From assembly GCA_028282585.1 (NCBI GenBank), contig JANQHR010000141.1, forward strand, positions 1 to 30,959: a DNA stretch of 30,959 nucleotides. Direction: 5' to 3'. A model generated the notes under the pieces. The model saw only the letters and a program-made list of their open reading frames with translations. It did no database searches and had not been told where the DNA came from. A program made the position numbers and the translations under genes. The DNA is from Bacteroidales bacterium (GTDB lineage Bacteria > Bacteroidota > Bacteroidia > Bacteroidales > UBA12077). How positions within the stretch are numbered: the stretch's first letter is position 1; the number at the start of each line of letters is the position of its first letter. This document shows positions 9,143-18,243 of the stretch, piece by piece.

Positions 9143-9162
9143 CCTGCCTATCGGCAGACAGG
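9143..9162. repeat. REP-like palindrome, CCTGCCT-N6-AGGCAGG family
   Basis: cctgcct-atcggc-agacagg. On the mRNA (minus) strand, CCUGUCU/AGGCAGG forms a 7-bp stem with one G-U pair. Lies in the murD-ftsW spacer. Confidence 0.75.
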
Positions 9163-9169
9163 TTTATTA

Positions 9170-10504
9170 CTATAAATCTCTTACCGCTTGCTTGAACTGA
9201 TTACCACGGTCCTCATAATTATCAAAAAGGTCAAAACTTGCGCAAGCTGGCGACAATAAAACAGAATCACCTTTTCTTGCAAGGTAATATGCTGCTTTTA
9301 CTGCTTCTGATGCTGATTCAACATCAATTATTGTTTCCACAACATTACTAAAAGCCTTGTGAATCTTACTATTATCTTTTCCTAGGCAAATAATAGCTTT
9401 CACTTTTTTACGTACCAGATCGTCTATTATCGAATAATCGTTCCCTTTATCAATTCCTCCTGCAATCCAGATCAAATTATTCGATATACTTTCCAATGCG
9501 TACCAGGTTGAATTTACGTTTGTTGCCTTTGAGTCGTTAATAAATTCTATACCATGAACCTTTAATACTGGTTCAAGGCGGTGCTCAACACCATGAAAGT
9601 TACTCAAGCTTTCACGAATCTCTTCTTTACGAATTTTAACCACCTGAGAGGCAATTCCGGCAGCCATTGAGTTATACATATTGTGTTGTCCTTTTAAAGC
9701 TAGATCGTGTATTGACATAGTTAGCTCGTTTGATTTATATTTTATTATTAGGGTTCGTTCTTTTCTGTAAGCTCCATTTTCAGTTTCTTGATTTAATGAA
9801 AATGGAAGTTTTTTTGCCTTTATTTCTCTTTTTGGAACTTCACTCATAGTAACCTCATCATCGGAACAATAAATGAAGTAGTCATTTTTAGTTTGATTTT
9901 GAATAATTCTGAACTTAGAATTTGTGTAACCTTTCATTCCATCATACCTATCTAAATGGTCAGGCGTGATATTCATTAAAACGGCTACATCAGCTTTGAA
10001 ATCATACATTCCGTCTAACTGAAAACTACTGATCTCAATTACGTAATAATCATAGTTTTTTTCTGCTACCTGCTGAGCAAAGCTTTTTCCTACATTTCCT
10101 GCTAAACCAACATTTAAGCCTGCATTTTTTAGGATATGATAGGTAAGCATAGTTGTTGTAGTTTTTCCATTGCTACCAGTAATGCATATTTTAAACGCAT
10201 CCGTATATCTTCCGGCATATTCAATTTCGGAAATTACAGGGATTCCCAATTCCATAGCAGATCTTACAATTTTTACTTTTTCAGGAATTCCGGGGCTTTT
10301 TATAATTTCATTAGCATTTAAAATAAGCTGCTGGGAATGTTTACCTTCTTCCCATATAATTTTGTGTTTATTTAATTCTCTTTTGTATTTTTCCTTAATC
10401 TTGCCAAAATCAGAAACAAAAACATCTGCTCCATTCTTTTGCGCAAGAATAGCAGATCCTACGCCACTTTCTCCTGCTCCTAATATGACAATTCGTTTAC
10501 TCAT
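9170..10504 (-). CDS. murD: UDP-N-acetylmuramoyl-L-alanine--D-glutamate ligase
   Basis: GAGESG, SPGIP, ITGSNGKTTT, EISSFQL, DHLDRY, NDSKATN, LSPACASFD. Confidence 0.99.
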   Translation of the reverse strand: MSKRIVILGAGESGVGSAILAQKNGADVFVSDFGKIKEKYKRELNKHKIIWEEGKHSQQLILNANEIIKSPGIPEKVKIVRSAMELGIPVISEIEYAGRYTDAFKICITGSNGKTTTTMLTYHILKNAGLNVGLAGNVGKSFAQQVAEKNYDYYVIEISSFQLDGMYDFKADVAVLMNITPDHLDRYDGMKGYTNSKFRIIQNQTKNDYFIYCSDDEVTMSEVPKREIKAKKLPFSLNQETENGAYRKERTLIIKYKSNELTMSIHDLALKGQHNMYNSMAAGIASQVVKIRKEEIRESLSNFHGVEHRLEPVLKVHGIEFINDSKATNVNSTWYALESISNNLIWIAGGIDKGNDYSIIDDLVRKKVKAIICLGKDNSKIHKAFSNVVETIIDVESASEAVKAAYYLARKGDSVLLSPACASFDLFDNYEDRGNQFKQAVRDL

Positions 10505-10513
10505 CTTTGTTTT

Positions 10514-11764
10514 TTACCTGATTTTTAATGTTACTATTGAAATCACTGCCAAAATAATTCCGACAATCATAAAGCGCATTACAATTTTGGGCTCAGGATA
10601 ACCTTTCATTTGATAATGATGATGAAGAGGAGACATCTTAAATATTCTTCTTCCCTCACCGTATTTTTTCTTGGTATATTTAAAGTACCCAACCTGCATC
10701 ACCACTGATAAATTCTCAATTATGAATATTCCACAAAGTATCGGAATCAATAATTCTTTTCGAATGATAACTGCAAAAACTGCAATAATTCCTCCTAATG
10801 AAAGACTTCCGGTATCTCCCATAAATACTTGTGCAGGATAAGAATTGTACCATAAAAATCCAATGGTTGCTCCTATAAATGCGCTCATAAACACAACCAG
10901 CTCTCCCGAATGCGGTATATACATAATATTTAAGTAATCGGCATAAATAACATTACCTCCAACGTATGCCAGAATACCAAGCGTAACACCCATTATAGCA
11001 GATGTTCCTGTTGCTAATCCATCAAGTCCATCGGTAAGATTTGCTCCATTGGAAATCGCTGTTACAATAAGAATTACAACTATTACAAAAACTACCCAAG
11101 CTGCTTTCTGACTATGTTTCCCAAAAAATGAAACCAAGTATTCGTAATCAAATTCATTATTTTTAAAGAATGGAATCGTAGTCTTAGTTGATTTTACATC
11201 CTGAGCCAAATTCGCTTTTAATTCTCCTGTTATATATTCTCCCTGCATTACTTCAACAGCGGTTAAGTTCCTTGGAGCAACAACATTTTCTCTAACTACA
11301 ACATCATTACTTAGGTATAGTGTTAATCCTACAATTAGTCCTAACCCCACCTGCCCAACAACTTTAAATTTACCTGCTAATCCTTTTTTGTTCTTTTTAA
11401 AGGCTTTAATATAATCATCCATAAAACCTATAAATCCCAGCCAAACCGTAGTTATAAGCATTAAAAAGACATATATATTTAAAACATCAGCAAATAATAG
11501 AGTTGGGATGATAATAGAACCAAGTATAATTACTCCTCCCATCGTAGGAGTACCTTCCTTACTCATTTGCCCCTCTAACCCCAAGTCTCGAATTTCTTCA
11601 CCAATTTGTTTTTTTCGTAAAAAATTAATGATCCGTTTACCAAAAATCATCGAAATGATTAATGAAGTAATAACGGTCATAGCCGAACGGAACGAAATGT
11701 ATTGGAACATTCCTGCACCTGGGAAATCAAATTGGTCTAAATATGCAAATAAGTAGTAAAGCAT
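10514..11764 (-). CDS. mraY: Phospho-N-acetylmuramoyl-pentapeptide transferase
   Basis: [33 protein letters not shown]. Confidence 0.99.
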   Translation of the reverse strand: MLYYLFAYLDQFDFPGAGMFQYISFRSAMTVITSLIISMIFGKRIINFLRKKQIGEEIRDLGLEGQMSKEGTPTMGGVIILGSIIIPTLLFADVLNIYVFLMLITTVWLGFIGFMDDYIKAFKKNKKGLAGKFKVVGQVGLGLIVGLTLYLSNDVVVRENVVAPRNLTAVEVMQGEYITGELKANLAQDVKSTKTTIPFFKNNEFDYEYLVSFFGKHSQKAAWVVFVIVVILIVTAISNGANLTDGLDGLATGTSAIMGVTLGILAYVGGNVIYADYLNIMYIPHSGELVVFMSAFIGATIGFLWYNSYPAQVFMGDTGSLSLGGIIAVFAVIIRKELLIPILCGIFIIENLSVVMQVGYFKYTKKKYGEGRRIFKMSPLHHHYQMKGYPEPKIVMRFMIVGIILAVISIVTLKIR

Positions 11765-11772
11765 GATGTTAG

Positions 11773-13236
11773 CTAATTATATAGTTCGTTAAAAATTTGT
11801 TGTATTACTTCCCTGTCATCAAAATGATGTTTTACTCCATTTATTTCCTGATATGTTTCATGCCCCTTACCCGCTACTAATATGATATCACCTTTTTTTG
11901 CCAATAAACAAGCTGTTCTTATTCCTTCCTTTCGATCGATGATGGATAAAACTTTCTTCTTATTTTCAATTACAACTCCCTCCTTCATATCCTCAACTAT
12001 TACATTAGGGTCTTCAGACCTTGGATTATCAGAAGTTAAAATCACTTTATTGCTATGTTCTGTCGCAACTTTAGCCATTTCAGGGCGTTTTGTTTTATCA
12101 CGGTCACCTCCGGCTCCTACAACAGTTATAAGCTCTTGATCGTTATTTCTAATCTGATTAATTGCATTCAATACATTTAATAAAGCATCAGGCGTATGCG
12201 CATAGTCTACAATGGCGGTTATTCCATTTTGCGAACGTAAAGTTTCAAATCTTCCTTCCACAGGTTTCATTTCACTAAGTGCAGTTAAAATTTCCTGTGC
12301 ATTAAAACCTAGCATTAGTGCACATGAATAAACAGCAAGAATATTGTATGCGTTAAACTTACCAACGAAATAGGTCCATACATCCATTCCATCGATGTTT
12401 AACATAGAACCTTCAAAATGACTTTCAATAATTTTCGCTTTAAAATCAGCACCTGACTTTACAGCATATGACTTAATTTGCGATTTGGTATTTTGAACCA
12501 TCACATTGCCATTTTTATCATCAGTATTTATTAAAGCAAAGCTCTCTTTACTTAAACTATCAAAAAATTTCTTTTTAGCTTTGATGTAATCGGCAAATGT
12601 TTTATGATAATCTAAATGGTCATGTGTAATATTTGTAAATAATGCTCCTGAATACTCTAATCCTGCAATTCTTTCCTGGTGTATTGCATGAGAGCTAACT
12701 TCCATAAAACAATATTCACACCCTGCATCAACCATTTGCTTCATTAGCTTATTCATTTGAACAGCATCTGGAGTGGTATGCGTAGCATCTATAGTTTCAC
12801 TATCAATATAATTGCGAACTGTAGATATTAATCCAACTTTATATCCAAGCTTGCGGATTAAATTATAAAGTAATGTAACTGTTGTTGTTTTTCCATTTGT
12901 TCCAGTCACACCAATCAGTTTTAAGCTTGCAGAAGGGTAACTATAAAAAGCTGACGCCAGTTTTCCTAATGCTACGGATGAGTTTTCTACTTGAATAAAT
13001 ACAATTTCATTGTTCTTTTCTTCAGGTTGAACTTCGCCAACAATAGCTTTTGCTCCTTTTTCAATTGCCATATTAATGTAATCGTGTCCATCTACCTGAG
13101 TGCCTTTTGTAGCAACAAATAAACTTCCATTCACTACTTCACGTGAATCAAATACAATTGCAGTAATTGGTATTTCAATACTTCCAATCACTTGAATTGT
13201 TTTAACATTTAATAATATGTCACTTAAAATCTTCAC
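11773..13236 (-). CDS. murE: UDP-N-acetylmuramoyl-L-alanyl-D-glutamate--2,6-diaminopimelate ligase
   Basis: [31 protein letters not shown] (DAP-type specificity motif), AGKGHE; GTG start. Confidence 0.99.
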   Translation of the reverse strand: MKILSDILLNVKTIQVIGSIEIPITAIVFDSREVVNGSLFVATKGTQVDGHDYINMAIEKGAKAIVGEVQPEEKNNEIVFIQVENSSVALGKLASAFYSYPSASLKLIGVTGTNGKTTTVTLLYNLIRKLGYKVGLISTVRNYIDSETIDATHTTPDAVQMNKLMKQMVDAGCEYCFMEVSSHAIHQERIAGLEYSGALFTNITHDHLDYHKTFADYIKAKKKFFDSLSKESFALINTDDKNGNVMVQNTKSQIKSYAVKSGADFKAKIIESHFEGSMLNIDGMDVWTYFVGKFNAYNILAVYSCALMLGFNAQEILTALSEMKPVEGRFETLRSQNGITAIVDYAHTPDALLNVLNAINQIRNNDQELITVVGAGGDRDKTKRPEMAKVATEHSNKVILTSDNPRSEDPNVIVEDMKEGVVIENKKKVLSIIDRKEGIRTACLLAKKGDIILVAGKGHETYQEINGVKHHFDDREVIQQIFNELYN

Positions 13237-13413
13237 AATATTTATCTTAGCCTAATTTTTCTATATGTTCTCAATCTTAAACTTTCTTGCTAACTTGCTC
13301 GCACATTCAATCCACAACTTGGTCGGCGAACTTTTCATCATTTCTGTACTTTCTATTGGTTTTTCTATTCGTTATTTTTTTAATTTCTTATTAGTTTTTG
13401 ATAAAGGTTTCAT

Positions 13414-15540
13414 TTAATTGAATGACATTTCAAGAACTACTAAATCGCCTTTCGTTATTCTTGACCCTGGGTTTATCGACTGCTTTAATATTGTACCTCT
13501 TCCTTTTAATTCAACACTTAATCCCATATTTTCCAGAATGAATAATGCATCCTTAACACCCATTCCTTTTACATTAGGCATTAAATTTTGAGTAATATTT
13601 CGATTACTCAATTTAACGCATGAATCCAATTTGGTAGTCATAACCCATTTGGAACTTATTTCTTCATCATTAACTTCAATACCTAAATCGGTAAGTGCGT
13701 ATTTTAATTCTTCTCTATCACTATTCTTTGTGTACGGAACTTTGGGTTCCACTTCTTCAGACATTGCCAGGTTCAATCTTTCATGCATTTCAAAGTTGGT
13801 AGCATAAACTTTATCTGCTATTTCTTTGAAAACCGGACCTGCAACCAGGTTCCCATAGTAGACATTTCGGGATGGTGCATTTACTACCACAATGCATGAA
13901 TACTTAGGATTATCTGCTGGAAAATAACCTGCAAATGATGCCTGGTAACTAATTTTAGATTTATCGCTATACCCGGATTCCTTATTTGCAATTTGCGCTG
14001 TACCTGTTTTTCCTGCTATTTTATAATTATTGTTTCGAATATTTTTGGCTGTTCCTCTTTCTACAACACCTTCTAATATAACTTTTAGTTTCCTAAGTGT
14101 TGACCTTGAACAAATTGATTGTTTCAATACCTGGGTATCAAATGTCTTAACCCAATCGCCATGGTACATTAAACCTTTTGCAAATTTTGGTTTTACCATT
14201 CTACCATCATTGGCTATTGCATTATACAATGTTAGCATTTGTAATGGGGTCAAGCGCACTTCGTACCCAATTGACATTTGCGGCAAAGTAACTCCTGACC
14301 ATAATTTATCTCCTGGATACATAATTTGAGGTTCACCTTCACCTTTGATTTCAATTCCAAGTCGGTTATTAAGGTTCATACCATAAAGCCGGTTAATGAA
14401 CTTTTCTTCTTTTCCCGTGTAATACTGTGTTATTAATTTTGAAATACCTACATTCGATGAAACTTCAAACATCTCTTTGATAGTAAGTACTCCGTGCCCA
14501 CCTTTTTTAGTATCTGTTATTTTCTTATCGTAATAAAGAATTTCACCCTCTCCTGTATCAACAGTATCTTCTAATTCAACATAACCATCTTCTAACAATG
14601 CTATCATTGTTGCCAACTTGAAAGTTGACCCTGGAGCCCGGCTTTCTCCAATTGCATAATTGTAAGATTCTTTGTATTGTCCTTTGCTATTTCTTTCCAG
14701 ATTTACAATAGCCTTTATCTCTCCAGTAGAAACTTCCATCAAAACGGCAGTTCCATGATGCGCTTCGTGCCGCGCTAATTGACTCAGCAGCGCACTTTCT
14801 GCCACATCCTGAATATCTACATCAATAGTAGTAACCACATCCATTCCATCTTTTGGCTCCACCTCGTTCCCATCATGTACAGGCATCCACACATTGCCAT
14901 TTAAACGTTGCATTAACCTTACCCCTTCAACACCTTTTAGTTCTTTATCAAATGCCCCTTCGATACCAACAACATTTCCTCCCTCACCTTTTGTAGTATA
15001 CCCAATGGTTCTTGATGCCAAACTCACATGTGGTTGAATTCTTAAATTGTTTTGAAGCGCAATAAATCCTCCTTTATATTGCCCTAAACGGAATAGTGGG
15101 AATTCTTTCAATTCTTTCAGTTGGTTATAGTTAACACGCCTTTTTATTAGATGAAAGCGCTCCTTATTTTCACGTGCCGTTGTTAATTCATCTTTATATT
15201 GTGCTGCTGTTTTGTCTTTAAATAACTCTGAAAGCCTAAGCGATAAAGAATCAATATTATCATTAAACGTCTGTGCATCCATCCCGGTACTACGGGTGTC
15301 CATGCGAATTTCGTAATAAGGAACCGAACTTGCCAATAACCTTCCATCCTCAGCCAGAATATCGCCCCGATTAGATTCGATTGTAATATCCTTCAAAGTT
15401 AACGTTTGCGCTTTTTCTCGCCATTTACCTCCTTCAATCAATTGCAAATAAAGAATTTTACCAACTATAAGAATAGCAAAGGCTAGCATGAATATATAAA
15501 TCACACCAACTCTCCATACTATTTCTTTTTTTAACGACAT
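13414..15540 (-). CDS. ftsI: Class B penicillin-binding protein FtsI with C-terminal PASTA domain
   Basis: N-terminal TM, RGDI, SxxK (GSTFK), SxN (SSNVG), KTG (KTGTAQ), C-terminal MPNVKGM PASTA; follows ftsL. Confidence 0.95.
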   Translation of the reverse strand: MSLKKEIVWRVGVIYIFMLAFAILIVGKILYLQLIEGGKWREKAQTLTLKDITIESNRGDILAEDGRLLASSVPYYEIRMDTRSTGMDAQTFNDNIDSLSLRLSELFKDKTAAQYKDELTTARENKERFHLIKRRVNYNQLKELKEFPLFRLGQYKGGFIALQNNLRIQPHVSLASRTIGYTTKGEGGNVVGIEGAFDKELKGVEGVRLMQRLNGNVWMPVHDGNEVEPKDGMDVVTTIDVDIQDVAESALLSQLARHEAHHGTAVLMEVSTGEIKAIVNLERNSKGQYKESYNYAIGESRAPGSTFKLATMIALLEDGYVELEDTVDTGEGEILYYDKKITDTKKGGHGVLTIKEMFEVSSNVGISKLITQYYTGKEEKFINRLYGMNLNNRLGIEIKGEGEPQIMYPGDKLWSGVTLPQMSIGYEVRLTPLQMLTLYNAIANDGRMVKPKFAKGLMYHGDWVKTFDTQVLKQSICSRSTLRKLKVILEGVVERGTAKNIRNNNYKIAGKTGTAQIANKESGYSDKSKISYQASFAGYFPADNPKYSCIVVVNAPSRNVYYGNLVAGPVFKEIADKVYATNFEMHERLNLAMSEEVEPKVPYTKNSDREELKYALTDLGIEVNDEEISSKWVMTTKLDSCVKLSNRNITQNLMPNVKGMGVKDALFILENMGLSVELKGRGTILKQSINPGSRITKGDLVVLEMSFN

Positions 15541-15549
15541 CCTATTATT

Positions 15550-15933
15550 TTACTTTTCAATTACAATTTTCCTTGGAGGCTCAACAGATTCCTTTAACCC
15601 AAGTCCTCTTTCTTCAACTAATTTGGCAACCTCCGATTGTTTGCTTATAAACATCAACTCTGATGATGTGGTAATTGCTTCTGCTCTTAACTCATTTATT
15701 TCTTTTGACAATTCTATGCTTGCACGAACCACCTTTTCTGCATGATAGCGATTAGCTATATAGATGAACGCTAACGTAACTAAAAAAACTATGTAAGGAA
15801 GTTGCTTTACGATAAAATCATTTGCAATTAAAGAACCATCCAATAAATCTTTAATAGATCCAAACCTGGAACTTTTATTAGATTCCTGCTTTTCTTCTAC
15901 GAATTCTACATTATCTTTTTTATCACCTATCAT
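15550..15933 (-). CDS. ftsL: FtsL-like cell division protein
   Basis: 127 aa; single TM (YIVFLVTLAFIYIAN) followed by a coiled coil; between rsmH and ftsI. Confidence 0.88.
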   Translation of the reverse strand: MIGDKKDNVEFVEEKQESNKSSRFGSIKDLLDGSLIANDFIVKQLPYIVFLVTLAFIYIANRYHAEKVVRASIELSKEINELRAEAITTSSELMFISKQSEVAKLVEERGLGLKESVEPPRKIVIEK

Positions 15934-16826
15934 AATCTTTCAGCTATTCTTAGTTTAGCACTACGCGCTCTATTATTTTCTTTAATTTCATTTTCTTCCG
16001 GAACGATCACTTTTCGGTTAAGTGCTCTAAAGGGAACTTCTTTATTTCCAAAAAAATCTTTTTCAACTTCACCTTCAAACTGCCCGTCACGTATAAAATT
16101 CTTAACTAACCTATCTTCTAAAGAGTGGTATGTAATTACCACCAATCTACCTCCAGGTTTAATTACATCAATCGTCTGAAGAAGCATCTCCTTTAAAAAA
16201 TCAATTTCTCTATTCACTTCTATACGTAATGCCTGAAAAACCTTTGCTAGAAATTTATGCTCTGAGTACTTTGGAAGATAAGGCATTAGAACATCTGTAA
16301 ATTCCTTTATTGTTTCGATCGATTTTTTTCCACGCTGTTCAGTAATTGCCTTTGCCAACTTCCTGCTATTCTTTAACTCTCCATATTCCCAAAAAATCTT
16401 CGCTAATTCCTCTTCCTGATATTCATTCACTACATTCTTAGCTGATACTTTAGCACTTTGATTCATTCGCATATCCAACTCACCTTCGAATCTAAAAGAA
16501 AATCCTCTTTCCGGATCATCAAAATGGTGCGACGAAACCCCCAGATCAGCTAATAAGCCATCAATTTTCTCGATTTTGTGGTATTTCAAAAAATTCTTTA
16601 AGAACCTAAAATTGTGACTCACGAAAATAAATCGTTCATCATCAATCAAATTTGGCGTAGCATCGTCATCCTGGTCAAAAGCTACCAGCTTGCCATTTAT
16701 AATGTTTTTGATGATTTCTCTTGAGTGGCCCCCACCTCCGAAAGTTACGTCGACATAAATCCCATCTGGCTTAATTTGCAGTCCATTAACGCTTTCCTTA
16801 AGTAAAACCGGCGTATGGTAACCCAT
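15930..16826 (-). CDS. rsmH: 16S rRNA m4C1402 methyltransferase RsmH
   Basis: HTPVLL, DVTFGGGGHS, DLGVSS, LDMRM, FQALRIEVN, YHSLEDR, RARSAKLR. Confidence 0.99.
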   Translation of the reverse strand: MGYHTPVLLKESVNGLQIKPDGIYVDVTFGGGGHSREIIKNIINGKLVAFDQDDDATPNLIDDERFIFVSHNFRFLKNFLKYHKIEKIDGLLADLGVSSHHFDDPERGFSFRFEGELDMRMNQSAKVSAKNVVNEYQEEELAKIFWEYGELKNSRKLAKAITEQRGKKSIETIKEFTDVLMPYLPKYSEHKFLAKVFQALRIEVNREIDFLKEMLLQTIDVIKPGGRLVVITYHSLEDRLVKNFIRDGQFEGEVEKDFFGNKEVPFRALNRKVIVPEENEIKENNRARSAKLRIAERL

Positions 16827-16829
16827 TTT

Positions 16830-17297
16830 TTAATCATTTTCCAGATTTAAATCTCCTCCCATAATTTTTTCAGCCAAAGCTGTAAAATCATCGTAGCTTT
16901 CTTCAGCTGTTTCATAAAGGCCTTTAGCCCATATTTCGATTTTTCCATCTTGCCCTGCTAGGATTGCCTCCTTCGAAATATTCGCCAAGTCTAGTAATCG
17001 TTTAGGAATCAACATTCTATTATTACTGTCTAAAACAATTTCTGCTGATCCCTTGTAAAAATTTCTTAAAAATTTATTGTGCTCCTTGTTGTAAGGATTG
17101 ATTTTACTTCGAATAATCTTATTTTGCCTTTCCCATTCTACTATTGGGAACAGAACAAGGCATTGTTCAAATATGTCTTTTTTTACAACAAAGCGACTCT
17201 CCGAAGCAGCTTCCATTTGCTTCTTAAGTGATGAAGGAAAGGTGATTCTACCCTTTTCATCAACCTTACAATTATAATCGCCTATAAACGTTGTCAT
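16830..17297 (-). CDS. mraZ: Division/cell-wall cluster transcriptional repressor MraZ
   Basis: Two DxxxR motifs (DEKGR, DSNNR) and IEIW; first gene of the dcw cluster. Confidence 0.97.
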   Translation of the reverse strand: MTTFIGDYNCKVDEKGRITFPSSLKKQMEAASESRFVVKKDIFEQCLVLFPIVEWERQNKIIRSKINPYNKEHNKFLRNFYKGSAEIVLDSNNRMLIPKRLLDLANISKEAILAGQDGKIEIWAKGLYETAEESYDDFTALAEKIMGGDLNLEND

Positions 17298-17337
17298 TCA
17301 AACATCCTCTTTAATTTGTAAAAATATACAAAATTTT

Positions 17338-17372
17338 CCCACAATTTACCACATTTTACCATTTTTTACCAC
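17338..17372 (-). promoter_or_regulatory. MraZ-binding repeat (four (G/A)TGG boxes at 10-bp spacing)
   Basis: Minus strand GTGGT-AAAAA-ATGGT-AAAAT-GTGGT-AAATT-GTGGG, 40-75 bp upstream of mraZ; fits the known architecture of MraZ operators (TGG-containing boxes one helical turn apart). Confidence 0.85.
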
Positions 17373-17769
17373 TTTGTTAATAACTTTCCCCCATTCTTAA
17401 AAGCAAACGATAAAATTTACAATTAAACCTACAATATAAAGTTTTGATAATGTGAACCTTAACCCAAGTTATTAAGTGAGCTATTACTTTTGATTTATCT
17501 TTGTAAAAGAATCGGGTAGGATCATAAAATATTTTGTTTTAATTTTTCCTATAAACAAAATCAAGAAGCAGCCCAAGTCGATGTAAAATAAACACTTAAG
17601 CACAACAGCTTTAGGATTGTATAACTTATCTCGAGTTTTATTCATAGTGAATCAAGAAGGACATTATTCTTCACAAAATGAAATTAGCCTTGGTGGATGC
17701 CTTTTTCATACTAAATCATAAGTATTCAGAGTAGTTGTGTTTTGACAAGTTAAATATTGAGTTTATTCA

Positions 17770-18243
17770 TTACTTTATTATTTCAATTAATTCGACATTA
17801 TTTAATATATATATCAAGTGCTCATAATCATTCCAGTTCAGCTTTAAAGTCCCTTTTATATGGATATAACTATCCGCTTTTAAGCGTTTAAATTTTTGCA
17901 ACTGATCTTCTTTAACGTTAACTTCAATGATAGACTCTATACCTGCTCCATCGCAAAAAAAGCACATATTGGTAGGATAATATGAAACAACAAACATATC
18001 TCCGGTTACATCAAGCGGAAGAAAAAAACCTTTGATAGTAATCTCCTTTCCATCAAGCCCCATAATCTTTTTACTAAATTTAGGCTTTGGCAAAAACGAA
18101 TTGTATTTAACCGAATATATATGCTTGATTTTTACTTCCCTCAAAAATACTCCCCAAATATTTTCTTCAGTATTAGACTGTCCATAAGTATGAAAAGCCA
18201 CCACTAAAAACCAAAAAACAATTACCAATTTTAACTTTCTCAT
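17770..18243 (-). CDS. DUF3299-like exported OB-fold protein
   Basis: Signal peptide; LDGKEITIKGFFLPLD...YPTNMCFFC (CxxC)...IHIKGTLKLN; overlaps the permease stop by 4 nt. Confidence 0.75.
   Translation of the reverse strand: MRKLKLVIVFWFLVVAFHTYGQSNTEENIWGVFLREVKIKHIYSVKYNSFLPKPKFSKKIMGLDGKEITIKGFFLPLDVTGDMFVVSYYPTNMCFFCDGAGIESIIEVNVKEDQLQKFKRLKADSYIHIKGTLKLNWNDYEHLIYILNNVELIEIIK

Noticed and set aside
2388-14329. Plus-strand ORFs inside the dcw operon (e.g. 2388-2606, 6942-7247, 8425-8757, 10170-10601, 14030-14329)
   Set aside because: Antisense shadows of well-conserved genes, with no recognisable motifs.
1283-17297. Absence of murF and ddl from the dcw cluster
   Set aside because: Normal arrangement in Bacteroidota.
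17520-17721. Stop-interrupted plus-strand reading frame and a duplicated aatcaagaag 10-mer
   Set aside because: No start context or recognisable protein similarity; a 10-mer repeat is expected at this base composition.
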